NCBI RefSeq assembly: GCF_964204865.1
Contig: NC_135257.1
Coordinates: 5,022,001-5,086,000 of the forward strand
Length of the DNA: 64,000 bases
From: Styela clava
Taxonomy: Eukaryota
Reading direction: 5' to 3'
Shown here: positions 1-11,932 of the stretch, piece after piece
How the letters are laid out: each line of letters opens with the position of its first letter
How positions within the stretch are numbered: the stretch's first letter is position 1
Position numbers and translations under genes: made by a program
The notes under the pieces: model-generated
What the model saw: the letters and a program-made list of their open reading frames with translations, nothing else
The model's database searches: none
Told to the model about the DNA's origin: nothing

Positions 1-130
1 CAGGGTGGCAGGTAAAATTGGTCGTTAGTTCAAACTTGAAATCACAATATTTATATGTTTAAGAAACTGCGAGTGTTATTTTTGCCAATATTCGTCTCGT
101 TTATTAAAAATTATATGAGTATCTGATCGA

Positions 131-305
131 TTTTTTTTATAGTATGATAAAGGAAATTTATGGGACCTCCAGAAGTATACGCACCAAGATGGCGCACAAC
201 CTGAACATAGTATGTGTGTACAGTCTAGGATTCAGGTTGTGAGACATCTTGGTGCGCATACTTCTGGAGGTCCCATAAATTTCCTTTATCATACTATAAA
301 AAAAA
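131..305. repeat. Long near-perfect palindrome (~80-bp arms, ~14-bp loop), probable hairpin MITE
   Basis: 131-210 (ttttttttatagtatgataaaggaaatttatgggacctccagaag...) is the reverse complement of 225-305, with about 5 mismatches. Confidence 0.85.
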
Positions 306-1230
306 CCAATTTATGAATATGAATGAATATATAAACCCCATGGCAATCACATGGGCTATTCTATTGGGCTGCCATGTAAAAATCAGATTTGATTCATTGA
401 CAGTTATTCAACCAATACATTACCTTTCATGTATCAATGCCAAAGATTTTATTGCCAAATGTCGCCAACTTTCTGTGAGTATATCCATGTATGTCAGAAG
501 TTTTGACCAAGATCTGTGATCGCTTTTTTGTAGCAGTGATTTCATGTTATTGCGGTACTTGTCATACGTTTTTTCCACGTCCGCATAATGTTTCCCAATA
601 TTTGATACATTCGCTTCATGGTCGTGTTTGCTAGTTAGAGAAACGTGCGCAACATTGTCACCCTGTAATACATTTCTGTTTTGTTCACAATCAATTTCAA
701 CGAGTTGGCTTTACGTTTTATTATCTCAAAAATTTTATTCATTGTTCAGTGTTCGGTATGAATTTCTGGTCACATATTTTAATGCTTTCATTGATGTCAT
801 TTGATCAACTTACTGGAATTCGTGAATCAGGTAATTTGCATACTAGGGTTGGACAAAACTTTGCCTCGGCCTAAAAAACAACAAATCTATTCTAGACAGA
901 AATTCAACGTTTAACTGGGAGAAATCGTTTTGGTATAAATATTGAAACGCCTAAATCACGCACTTCCAAAACTGCATCTATCTCCATCTACCAGACGATG
1001 TCCTTTTTCGCGCTCATCGATTCGTGTTTATTAATGACCATCTTTTTCTACATTAATTACCCATAAATAAGTGTTGTTTATCAGGCTACTAAGATATCTC
1101 TGCTTATTTATATTTTAATTCGTTTCTTCTTTGTGACGAAGCTCTTGATAAGAATACCAATTTTTACTCATATCAAGTTAATATCAGTCTGTATAATTTA
1201 TAAAAACACATAGTTTTTGGTTTTTTATTT

Positions 1231-4200
1231 TTATTCCACTGGTGAGGATCTCGGAGAACCAAATTCAGAATTCAAATACTCTTCAAACATTTCTGATAAA
1301 TCGCGAGCAATGTTTGATGCCGTACTGAAGCCGACTAAGTAATACATACCTCGAGTTCATTAAATAAAAAATATTCTTCAGATACTTTGAAAATCAACTT
1401 TTCCATTCGTAAGCCAAGCAATTCTGCGACCTTCCCATTCTGTTAAATTAAAAACAGTTGAAATGTTGGTTAATGATATTGTTGTTCGTTGTTGAATGTT
1501 TTTTGTGAAATGCTGAAGAATGCTAACAAACAAAAGTTTCCAAGTTTTCAGATTTGTATTTTCAGTGTAAAAGGTATCCTAATCTTACACTACATTACTG
1601 CCAAATTTTTATTTTAAAGATTTAATTATTACACAGACCTTGTTAAACTTGGTTGCAAAGCTATTATCCAGAAGTGTCTGATATATTATAAGTGTTTCAT
1701 CTAAATCCCAAATATAAATAGTTCGCGTTGTCTGCTGTTGGCAAGGCCTACTATGCGCACCTGTCGAGTCATTTCTTGACATCTTGATGAACCTCGGTGT
1801 TCAAAGTAAATATTACACAAATTCAAAATTCAAAATAAAGGTATCGAATATTAAAACGTAGGAATACATCATCTAACTCTAGCTGTAAATTCAATAATAA
1901 TAATTTTTCAACAATTTTAAACATTGTCAACCGACTATAAACAGCACTATGTCACACAAGCAGAGAGTATCAATGTAGGAAAATCATATATGAGTAATAT
2001 TGGGATTAAAGTTGTAACTCTCGGAAACATAATATCCTGTTACTAGTCATAGCAAATTGCTTCGTTAAAAATTTAACAGTCTTGAAGAATATATTTTACT
2101 CAATATAAATGATTCATGAATTCATGGCAGGTTGCGGGTGATGGTATCTTCGATTGTGTCAGCATTGATGTTATACTTTGTTCTAAAAACTTGATACAAT
2201 CTTAGTGGACATATTACAACCCACATTATTTATAAATTAGGACATTTTAAATATCTGTTAAAGAAATGAGCAAGTAAAATATTTCTGGCTCTGCATAGAT
2301 GCTGTGCTTATCGGCAAGATTCTGGTTCTTCCAACCTCAGTTGCACTTTGCGTATCAATAGCCGCTGACGTTACAGATCCTAGTTTTGCGATAAACATTC
2401 ATAAAAATAAATATTAATAGTATGTTCTATATCGTACCAAATAAGTTTGAAACGGCTATTTTTTACGTTAATCGTAAGCGTTGAAAAACATTAGCAATGC
2501 TTGGTAACTATTTAATATCTGATCGACTTTTTGCTTTCTACTTCTGTATCTGTTGCCGGATTTAATCACGGGAGCCGCTGATCCATAACCATTATTGGTT
2601 CGTATCTAATGTTCGTACAAAGTGTATTTTCAGTGTGGCGAAAAAAGGAATACTGATACTGGTAAAGTAAGATTAATGCACTCTAATATTTAAGTCAAAA
2701 AATCGGTTTATCAGAACATCTTCATTACCTGGCCTGAATAATTTATGGGCATGTGATCAAGGATCCGTTTTGGATAAAATTCATTTTAAAAATTCATCGT
2801 ATATATATTGACTATAGTCTAGGCGTGATAAAATAAATTCTTTAGAACTTTTGACGGCCTCAAGTCGATGAAACTAGAAAACATATCATTTGTATCTATA
2901 ATACAACTCCTTTTTGACGAAAATCTCATACATAATATATTATTATATATAATTCTGAGAAACTCAGAATGAAAACCACACTGTTGAGATTACAACATAT
3001 ATATATATATATCGTTTTCTTGGATATGAACAAAAAGAATCAATATAAGACGAAGGTTTCGTGGTGCAGTTATGGCATTGATTATATAAATAAAACATCA
3101 ACTTCTTAGAATGAGACTACTCCAGTTCGCAGTAGACAAACAAGTTTTGCCTATAAGCAATGTGAAGTCTTATCATAAGTGAGTAATTTTTCTAAAAACA
3201 ATATCAAGAATTTTTTCTATAATTTCTACAATTAAAGTCAATATTTCAAAGCTTTACGATACACAAAACTTCAGCAAAAACAAAATATAATATTGATTTC
3301 TTTGACTTTATTTAATGTTCAAGGGCAACGATACCTATCTCTATAAAATTGCGGCTGAACCTTTCTCTTTGTCATTAGTCCATCTACAGTTGACTGTCGG
3401 TATCTTACTTTATATCAAATGCATGGTCAATTCAACACAAGATAATAAATTGAAGACAGTAGCCGAACTCCTAATGATCAATGTTCCCTCTAATTATTTG
3501 TAGTATGTGTGCGCAGAAATTTTGGTGTGTGGGCACTTTTTTGGAAATGACTAATATTTGTGCAAAAACCAATGAAGAAATTTTGGCGTTCTAACCGGGT
3601 AATGGGTGGGCCAACAACAAACTTTCTCAACCGGCCAACCGAGAACATTGTTACATTACATCGAAATACGTCTGTGCGCAGTAGATCTATGCGTGTGCGC
3701 AGCCTATGAAAGCTGTGTGCGCGCGCACACGCGCACACCTTAGAGGGAACACTGCTAATGATTATCCTAAAAATTCACAGATCCTAATAAAAATACATTG
3801 CATTATTTATAAGGGTCAAAGTTGACGCATGAAGTGTTAAATGAAGCCAAAGATACGTTGCTGATCTTTGGCCAGGTATCGAAAATTCTTCTCATATGGT
3901 CATGGCTATAATACGTGAATCACAGCTCAGTGAAACCATTTTTACCAGTAGTTGCAAGTAAATTTTTACTGCTGTCGACATTTGATTATTTATTCCAAAG
4001 TATTGTTCAATCATTAATTGAGCACATGCTTCCACGAATTCGGAAAAACAAATAGCAGTGTAATTGCACGGGGAGACGAAGCGTATCCGATATCAAATAT
4101 GCACGAGTTTTCATTCTTTATTATGATATTAAAATAGAACAAAATTTGTAGCAGAATCGAAATTATGCTCTTACTTCGATAAGCTCATGACATATTCTTT

Positions 4201-4281
4201 AGGGATTCCTAATATGAATGGAATCGGGACAGCAAACAAAACAGCAACCAAAACTTTAAGTAATGTTTCAAACTTACTGAT
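1231..4281 (-). pseudogene. Possible decayed multi-exon gene for a secreted or membrane protein
   Basis: Minus-strand signal-peptide-like segment 4281-4175 (ISKFETLLKVLVAVLFAVPIPFILG; ATC where ATG is expected) ends at a GTAAG donor. Further exon-like pieces follow AG acceptors (IRTNNGYGSAAPVIK ~2600, GSVTSAAIDTQSATEVG ~2375, TLLDNSFATKFNK 1638-1677, ..ARDLSEMFEEYLNSEFGSPRSSPVE* ending 1231). In-frame stops and missing donors prevent a clean model. Confidence 0.3.
3479..3754. mobile_element. hAT-type MITE (276 bp)
   Basis: TIRs caatgttccctctaa / ttagagggaacactg; perfect 8-bp TSD ctaatgat at 3471-3478 and 3755-3762. Confidence 0.9.
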
Positions 4282-4562
4282 TTTAGAGTGATAGGTTTTG
4301 TTAAAAGAAGTAGGTGTTCGCTCACCCAAAAGTAATAAATTTTTCAAAGAACGCACACACACACCCACAATCACGGAGAAACTATAAGATCAAAAGAATT
4401 ATATCACGCAAAATGGTTTTTCCATATTTTCAACTGATCCACATAACTAAACATGCGATTTATGAAGCCAAATTATCTATACCCTAAAATGTATTCATTG
4501 TTCCAAATAGAATATGCTCCATCCAGAAATATTACAGAGAATGTGTCGTGTCGATAAGGTTG

Positions 4563-4750
4563 GTAACGTGTCATGCATATACTGCCAAGAATATGCATAT
4601 ACCGCCAACTTATATACATATATAGCAAACCAAATATACATACACTGCCAAGGTCATATATATGCATATATAGCCAACTCAATATACAAATACAGCCATT
4701 GCGTTGATTACATGTTGATTGCGCACAATCAGACATAAAACTGCCAGTGT
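4563..4750 (+). repeat. Degenerate ~21-bp tandem array (..atatacatatagccaa..), inverted relative to 7085-7632
   Basis: Recurrent tatacatat..gccaa units; the array begins gtaacgtgtcatgcatat. Confidence 0.55.
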
Positions 4751-7084
4751 GCGTACCGTGTTTTTCTCCGAAAATAAGACCTAGCCTGAATTTTAAAAAT
4801 GATTTTAATACAAGTCATTCCCTTAAAATAAGACCTAGCCAATAACGCGAATTTTTTTTAACCAGTCGATAGCAAAACACATCGCCATACTATTTGGTAG
4901 CATAAGGCTACTACACTCGTCACTCTTACAGAAACTCGAAATCAGCGTTTGGTTTAAATAGGAAAGATGAATTGTAACAAGCGTAGAGTAGATGTAATAA
5001 AATATCATGATATTAGCATCATTCACCTGTAAGCCTATGCATATGGTTTGCATACATACACAATAAAATTGCCGGTGCGCGTAGTTCTTGATAAAAGTAC
5101 AATAGGTACCAATCTATGATGTCATAATATCATACAACAGCTCATCGTGGATAACATGAGAAATGTGCTGCCGGATAATTTTCTTCAGTGAACTATTCTT
5201 GGATCTCTCTTCAGTCCGACTGCGTTGGTGCGTCACCCTGGTACACAATATGGCATCCTATTGAATTCAACGAAATATGCCGTTAAAAATTAGCAACGAG
5301 TCAGCATCACCAGCTAACGACCTGTGAGACTTCAAATTTGGAGGTTGAGTAATTTTGAAATTAATGTTCAGCTGAAATATTCCAGATCTTTTTTCAAAAA
5401 TTTCCCAAACATATTTTCCGCATTGGCAACGTAAAACCACTTTGAAGGAATGCGTATCTTAAGAGTCATTATATAATTTCTAGATGGATATTTTAGATTC
5501 TTATGATTACATCTGAAATAAATTTATTGTTTTACTTTTGGATTATGCCTAGATATAACTGAAAATGAGTTCTGTAACTTCCATTTTCGGCAATGACAGT
5601 TTTTTTGTTAAAAAGGTCATAAAAATCAAATGCGGGCTTTGAGTGATCAAAATAACAGTGTATTATATATGTATGAGTGCGAGAGCTGATTTTCCACTCC
5701 ATGTTCCACCGTGTTCTACCTTCCACTGTTGGCTATTGGCAATAACTTTCCACAAACTTAATCTAATTGAAATTTTTTTCATTTAATCAATTTCATACGT
5801 TTCGAGCGCAGAGCACATCTACGGAATCATTATAAACCTCGTACGCATTATTTAATCTAATTTTGGACGTGAAAAATAAAAAATTGAGAGTAAACAGTGG
5901 GTATTACATTTAAAAAATGTATGCCTTATTTTAGGCAATAGTTCGTTAATGATGATCGACGGACATGCGTGGTAGAATGACTATTTCTTTCGTATCATAT
6001 AAAAGTGTTCTTCAGAATCAGAATTTAGATGAAATAGCTGACTCCACATGGGTCTCAAATACAATTTGTTAAAATGAAAATTTCAGCTTTCCAGCAACTT
6101 CGCCTATTTTCGAGTACTCTAAATTTCAAGTAAATTTATCGGTTCATCAGTTCAAAAAAGTGTCTATTTCCCCACAAAAACTTTAACGTGTCCATTAACG
6201 AAACAATAAAATCATAATATATGGATGCTAAGAATTGTTGTATATATATCCTATTTCAGCATTACTACCGTGTTATTCTCATGTTAATGGCATTTCCATT
6301 TTTTGTTTTGTTACAATGGTCTTTGCATAATAAATGACTTTTTCAGTTGAATCGTTTTTTATTTAACAAATTGATAGCGTAACAGTAATTTCCTAATTTA
6401 ATTTCTCAAGCACGTGCACCAGCAACTTATTATGTGCAATCAACATGTGAAGCCTAATCGCTGAATGATGCTCCTATCATGGCATTTTATTACACCTACT
6501 TTAGAGGCTAGTTACAAGTTGTTTTTCATATTTCAATCAATAGCCTTTTGGGGGTTTCTGTGGGCGTAAGCACACTACCCCAATTTGGCAACGAGCATGG
6601 CCTCATCCTATGAAAAAAAAATCAGGCGATGCTTTTTTGATTAATCAATATGTAACGTTAGTAAAGACAGTTTGCACCAAACTTTAATTTGACTAGTTTG
6701 TCGACAGTTTACTGCCAATGGCCAGAGAATGAGTCACTCAAAAAATTTCAATGTCGTCATTGGCAGCAACATATTTACACAGGTTATCACAATCAGCTGT
6801 TGTGGAAATTTATCTTATGGCATTATAGATTGCAACCTATTTTATGTGTTCATGAACCGCGAGCGGCTGCAATTTTACGCATCGTTACGCACAAATAACA
6901 TGTAGTGATGCTGATATCACAATAATTAATTACATATAATTTACACTTATTGTAAGAAACTCCCATCAAAAGCAGTTTTGGAGTTACTAAGATTCATTTA
7001 TGACGCACTCATTATATCAATATGACTTCCAAGCTTGCGACTTGTAGATACAACCGCATCGGTGCATAATATAGGCTACAGTAA

Positions 7085-7632
7085 GTGTATGGATATGCAA
7101 TGGATTGGCGGTGTTGTAGCCTACATCACTTAAATATGTAGCCTACATTACATGAATGGCTGCATTTGTATACTAAATTGGTGGTATATACATATGACAC
7201 TTAATATATACATATGACTCGCTTAAATCCCTTCATAAGTACACAGAGGTGACTATAGATACATATGACATTGGCGGATTCTGTACATTACTTGAGCGGC
7301 TGTATAAGTATATTGCGTAGTCCATATAAGCATATTGCTCTGGCTATGTATGTACATTACTCGATTGGCGGTATATTTATATTAATTTGTCTGTATATGC
7401 GTAAGATGATGGTCATTGTATGTGCATCGCTTTCACATGCGTTTATGTGTATATTGAGTGACTATATTTACATGCGGAATTGGATGCGTATATTACTAGA
7501 ATGGCCGTGTATGTATATCTAATTGGCAGTAGCCTATATACATATGACATTGGCTGTTTACGCATATTTTGTTGGCTCTATATGTATATTTAGTTGATGC
7601 TATATGTATATTTTAGATGTATATCACGTTAC
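7085..7632 (-). repeat. Degenerate ~21-bp tandem array (ttggc..tatatacatatgaca), inverted copy of the 4563-4750 family
   Basis: Many ttggcgg/ttggctg..tatatacatat units; ends in gtatatcacgttac, the reverse complement of the start of the left array. Confidence 0.6.
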
Positions 7633-8068
7633 GACCCCACTCTGTCTAGTAGGCTATTTATCTAGGAAGAATTCTTATGTAAAAAACTCCTGAAAAATAC
7701 ACACGGGGTGTCTTTGTCCGAACGCAACGTTACTGGCTTATGTTTGGTATATAAGGCATGTTATTATTGTTATATTATGATCAAGATGATATCATGACAG
7801 CAAATCTTACTTGCGATAATTTGCAGCGTAGCGGAGACGCTGCATTCTGCTGAATAGCACTTGCAATGTTGTTGAATTACAAAGTATTCTGGATCGAGGT
7901 TAAGGCAGTTTCTGTAAACACTTCGAGGGGTTCCTTTTACGGATGGATGCCTTTTAAATTCCAGTTTACCCTTTCCATGATTGAAATTTTTTTTAATAGT
8001 GGCAACCAAGGTTGTCTTTTTCTATGATCCAATGAACACGCCGGCAGCGTCTGAAGCGACACTCAAAT

Positions 8069-8380
8069 TAGAGTTTCTGAACCAGTGGGCCATGGCTCAC
8101 TGCTGGGACATAGAGGCATTTTCAAGTGGGCCACAAGCCTATTAGAAAATTAGTATGATTATTGAAAAGTTTAGTTTTATTTGTGTTATTATAGTCAAAT
8201 TTTTATCGTAGTAACAATGAATGATGCTGCTGCATTTCACTCTATTTATTGAGGTAAAAGTATTTATATTTGCAACAGAAGTCTTGTTTTTCTTGTGGTT
8301 TTTCGCTTGCATGTGAAAGGTAGTGGGCCACAGAATTTTTATGCAACAAAAGTGGGCCACAAAAGGTTGAGAACCATTTG
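8069..8380. mobile_element. Degenerate hAT (Charlie-like) MITE
   Basis: Ends gtttctgaaccagtgggcc... / ...gtgggccacaaaaggttgagaacca with repeated gtgggccac subterminal motifs; no clean TSD. Confidence 0.45.
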
Positions 8381-8944
8381 AATTAAACCTTTTATAAGGC
8401 GGATAACCGAGTCCGTGTCAATTCAGTATGTTCCCCAGCTTTTCTCTTTAGGGGGGGTGTTTCAAAATTGAGGGGGTGGTAAATAATTTGCTATTAGAGA
8501 TAAAACTAGGCTATTTGCATTCTTAAAAAAATGGTATGTATTTAAGAAACGATGTACATGGGGGCCCCCCGAGTTGATTGCCGGTGAGCCAAAATCCACA
8601 GCAGAATGAAATTGTAGGGCCAGAAAAGGGGAGCGAGGAAAAGTGCGGGACGACACGGCTGGGGTTCAGGGCGCGCTTAAGCGCCCTGAGAAAATTTTGA
8701 GAAATAGGCACCAAAATAGGCTCTAAGCTTGATTTTAGATACACCTAGCATCGCAGTTTGTTATGTAATAAAATCAATAATTATAATATTTACCTGATAG
8801 AATTCTCGGGGAATAGATAACAAGCACGGCTTTCAACCGAAAATATATACTAGGCTACTACCTTTCAACAAGTAATTTGCAACTGATAGTGACTAATGAA
8901 GTTACTTGCTCATCTGGCATTGTATGAATGGCTACTTATGGCTT

Positions 8945-9170
8945 GTTGGACACGTTAGTGGACATAACGATCGTTTTGGTATATTTGTTGTTCTTGTTCT
9001 TATTTGTCTTCTTCTTGGTATCGTTATGAAAAAATCGCTTTTCTCGTTGATTACTGGACCAATTGCTTTGAAATTTTCAGTGAGTAAAGATTATATTTTT
9101 CCCCAGAAGGCTATTACTTTTATTTATTCTTAAATTTTATATGAATCCTATGAGATATGATATTTCATAC
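8945..9170 (+). mobile_element. DINE-1/HINE-like (Helentron non-autonomous) element, 5' core
   Basis: ttggacacgttagtggacataacgatcg, a GTT/CTT microsatellite, and the core aatcgcttttctc..ttactggaccaattgctttgaaattttcagtg shared with 10122, 34923, 37972 and others. Confidence 0.7.
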
Positions 9171-9410
9171 AAAATTTCGCGGTATTTATTTTTACTCATG
9201 GGAACACTGTTTTACACTTATTTCAAGCGGTTTCGCGATCGATTGTCTTGCTCAGTACTACAGCTACTGTAGGTCGGTACTGGTAAGTTGCCATACCGGT
9301 ACCGTAACGCAGTGAAATTGACTTATTCCTTCCGCGGTATTACTAATGCTGCAATGCAAGTTTTATAGCCTATCGTATGCGGAACGGAATATCAGACCTA
9401 CAGGTTCGGT

Positions 9411-10062
9411 ACCGGTACTGGTAGCTCAGTACGTAAGTACGATACTGGTGCCGGTACCGGTGTCTTACCACAATGAAATTACCGTAACTTATTCTTTCAC
9501 GGTCCTACCAGTGCAGTAATGCAAGCGTTGTAGCACTTGTAGCCTACTATATTTGTTTATTTTGATGAGAGTCTACTGGAAACAACATAAAATTTGAAAG
9601 GGAAGAATTGTTCTGTGATCAATTATCTGTCCTAAAGTGTAAACAACATAAAATTTGCAAGGGAACAACTGTTCTGTGATCAATTACCGTATATGGCCCA
9701 CGCCCTACAGTGTACAGGTAAGATGCTGGCTGACTGCTAACCGGTACTGGTAGCTCAGTACGTAAGTACGATACTGGTACTGGTGCCGGTGTCTTACAAC
9801 AATGAAATTACCGTAACTTATTCTTTCACGGTCCTACCAGTGCAGTAATGCAAGCGTTGTAGCACTTGTAGCCTACTATATTTGTTTATTTTGATGAGAG
9901 TCTACTGGAAACAACATAAAATTTGAAAGGGAAGAATTGTTCTGTGATCAATTATCTGTCCTAAAGTGTAAACAACATAAAATTTGCAAGGGAACAACTG
10001 TTCTGTGATCAATTACCGTATATGGCCTACAGTGTACAGGTAAGATGCTGGCTGACTGCTAA
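9411..10062 (+). repeat. Near-identical ~329-bp tandem duplication, each unit with an internal ~50-bp repeat
   Basis: accggtactggtagctcagtacgtaagtacgatactgg.. starts at 9411 and again at 9740. Confidence 0.9.
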
Positions 10063-10121
10063 CTCAGTACCGCACCTACGTTAGGTACCGGTACCGCCGT
10101 GAATTTAGCTCTCATCTCTTT

Positions 10122-10351
10122 GTTGGACACGTAGTGGACATAACGATCGTTTCAATATTATGTTGTTCTTGTTCTTTGACACGTTTTTAAAAAGTCGCTT
10201 TTCTCTTCGAATACTGGACCAATTGCTTTGAAATTTTCAGTGGTTAAAGATAAAAATTTTCTCCAGAAGGCTATTACTTTTTTTTTCGCTATGACGTCAT
10301 CAAAATTATGTGACTCTACGTGTCCATATATTTGAGAATAGCTCTCTTGTT
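10122..10351 (+). mobile_element. Complete short DINE-1/HINE-like element
   Basis: 11-bp subterminal inverted repeats tggacacgtag (10124-10134) / ctacgtgtcca (10316-10326); 3' short hairpin gagaatagctc followed by tcttgtt; T-rich flanks, no TSD. Confidence 0.75.
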
Positions 10352-11126
10352 TTGTTACACATTTCTAATTTTTTTGAACATGTTTGTTTGACTTTTGTAT
10401 GAATTAAATTTTGAAATACGCTCGTCAACTGATCATAATGTCGCATAATGTTGTATTCCTTCAGAACTGAAATATTTTGTAAGGAGACAAATCGCTGAAG
10501 TTTGATTCTTTTCAATAAAGAAATAAAAACGCTGTCATTCATCTAAAAAACGTCTGTTTTCAGTCCTAGTTTTCGTTTTGTGACATCTTTAAGCTTTCTT
10601 AATATATGGCTGATATCTAAAATACTGCAGTGTGTAATCATAATACCCATACCTATACATAAGATACCGGAATAATTCAATTGTTACGAAATAAACGTGC
10701 TTAAACTGTGATAATGATGTAACAATAGACGGTATCTAAAACTCAAAAGGTACCACATGAAGGGTTAAACTATTTCACTCAAGTTCGGCGGGCCATTTTA
10801 AATCGTCACGCGGGCCTAATTGACCCGCAGACTGCGGTTTAGAACCCCTCAGTGTTGAATCGCACCTCAAAATTAGGGGGGGGGGGGGGGGGTGTTTGAA
10901 ATTTTAGGAGGGGTGTTCACCCCCTATAGGGGGGGGTGTAGGGAAATCACTGCGTGTCATTAATGCGCAATAACAAGCAAGATACAAAATATTTAAAGCA
11001 TCAACAAAGGAAATCCATCTTCGTTGTTTATCTTCCAGGAAGCAAGCTGCGCAAAAAGAATTTATTAATAAATGCTTTTAGGCGAAAATCCCCGTATATA
11101 TCCGCACAAAACTTTGACCGGCTTAT

Positions 11127-11456
11127 AAGTCACAACTAGCAATCTTGCTTTATCATATACAATACAAAAATTTGAAGCAATAGAAATGTTTTTACCATCA
11201 CATTACCAATATAAAACATGTTGTTGCGGGATATTACACATACACAAAAACAGGAGAGTGGTGATAAAAGATTCGATCTGAAGTCACAACTAGCAATCTT
11301 GCATTATGGTATACAATACGAAAATGTCGGTTAGAATAGCCCCGGGTTAATCACCGATTTGGAGCAATGAAAAAGTTTTTACCATTTCATTAACAATATA
11401 AAACATGTTGTTGCGGGATATTATACATACACGAAACAGGAGAGTGGTGATAAAAG
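11127..11456 (+). repeat. Diverged ~145-175-bp tandem duplication upstream of the DOMON-EGF gene promoter
   Basis: aagtcacaactagcaatcttgc...acaggagagtggtgataaaag at 11127-11270 and 11281-11456. Confidence 0.85.
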
Positions 11457-11707
11457 TATCATCTTGCATTTTTAGTAAGAAGATTCGGGCAGATTAAAAA
11501 GTATGAAATTTATCATTGTTCGGCATACGATCTATTTTTTGAACGTTGGTCGCAGCAAAATTGTAAATTTTATTTGAAGAAAAAAAACAGGTTTAAAAAC
11601 AAGAAGCTTTGAGCAAAACAAAAAGGTTACTGCATTAAAAACAAAAAATGATTATGTCATTAAAACCCTGCAATACCGTGCGTCAACACGCCGTGGTAGT
11701 AGTTCGA

Positions 11708-11714
11708 TATAAAA
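11708..11714 (+). promoter_or_regulatory. Candidate TATA box of the DOMON-EGF gene
   Basis: TATAAAA ~150 bp upstream of ATG 11860, with Inr-like ctagtt ~28 bp downstream. Confidence 0.45.
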
Positions 11715-11859
11715 GCTCAAAATAAGACAGATTCTAGTTAGGGGTTTGCAACATTTCTTAATATATTAAGAGCTGCAACTTATTTCCTTTTACAAAAATT
11801 TCAATCTCAAATTTCCATATTTTCAGTAAGAGTTGAAATTCAACTACACTTTAATAACC

Positions 11860-11932
11860 ATGAATGATATTTATATGCTGATCATAGCGGGTTTGATGCT
11901 GGCTGCGGAGCACGTCGCTGCACAAGATCAAG
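11860..11932 (+). CDS. Exon 1, signal peptide
   Basis: MNDIYMLIIAGLMLAAEHVAAQDQ followed by a phase-1 donor g|gttggt. Confidence 0.75.

Larger units (their letters stand above)
8424..10952. mobile_element. Composite non-autonomous TIR element with G-rich subtermini, containing nested HINE-like copies
   Basis: Imperfect TIRs cagtatgttcccc / gggaaatcactg; flanks cgtgtcaatt (8414-8423) and cgtgtcatt (10953-10961); the motif gggggtgttt.aaa occurs near both ends. Confidence 0.55.

Noticed and set aside
4754-4845. pogo/Tigger-like terminus (ta-ccgtgttttt..aaaataagacc) as a full MITE
   Set aside because: No matching opposite end was found.
5150-5260. THAP-like start (MPYCVPG*..TN) on the minus strand
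   Set aside because: Too short and interrupted by a stop; the remaining THAP motifs are not recognisable.
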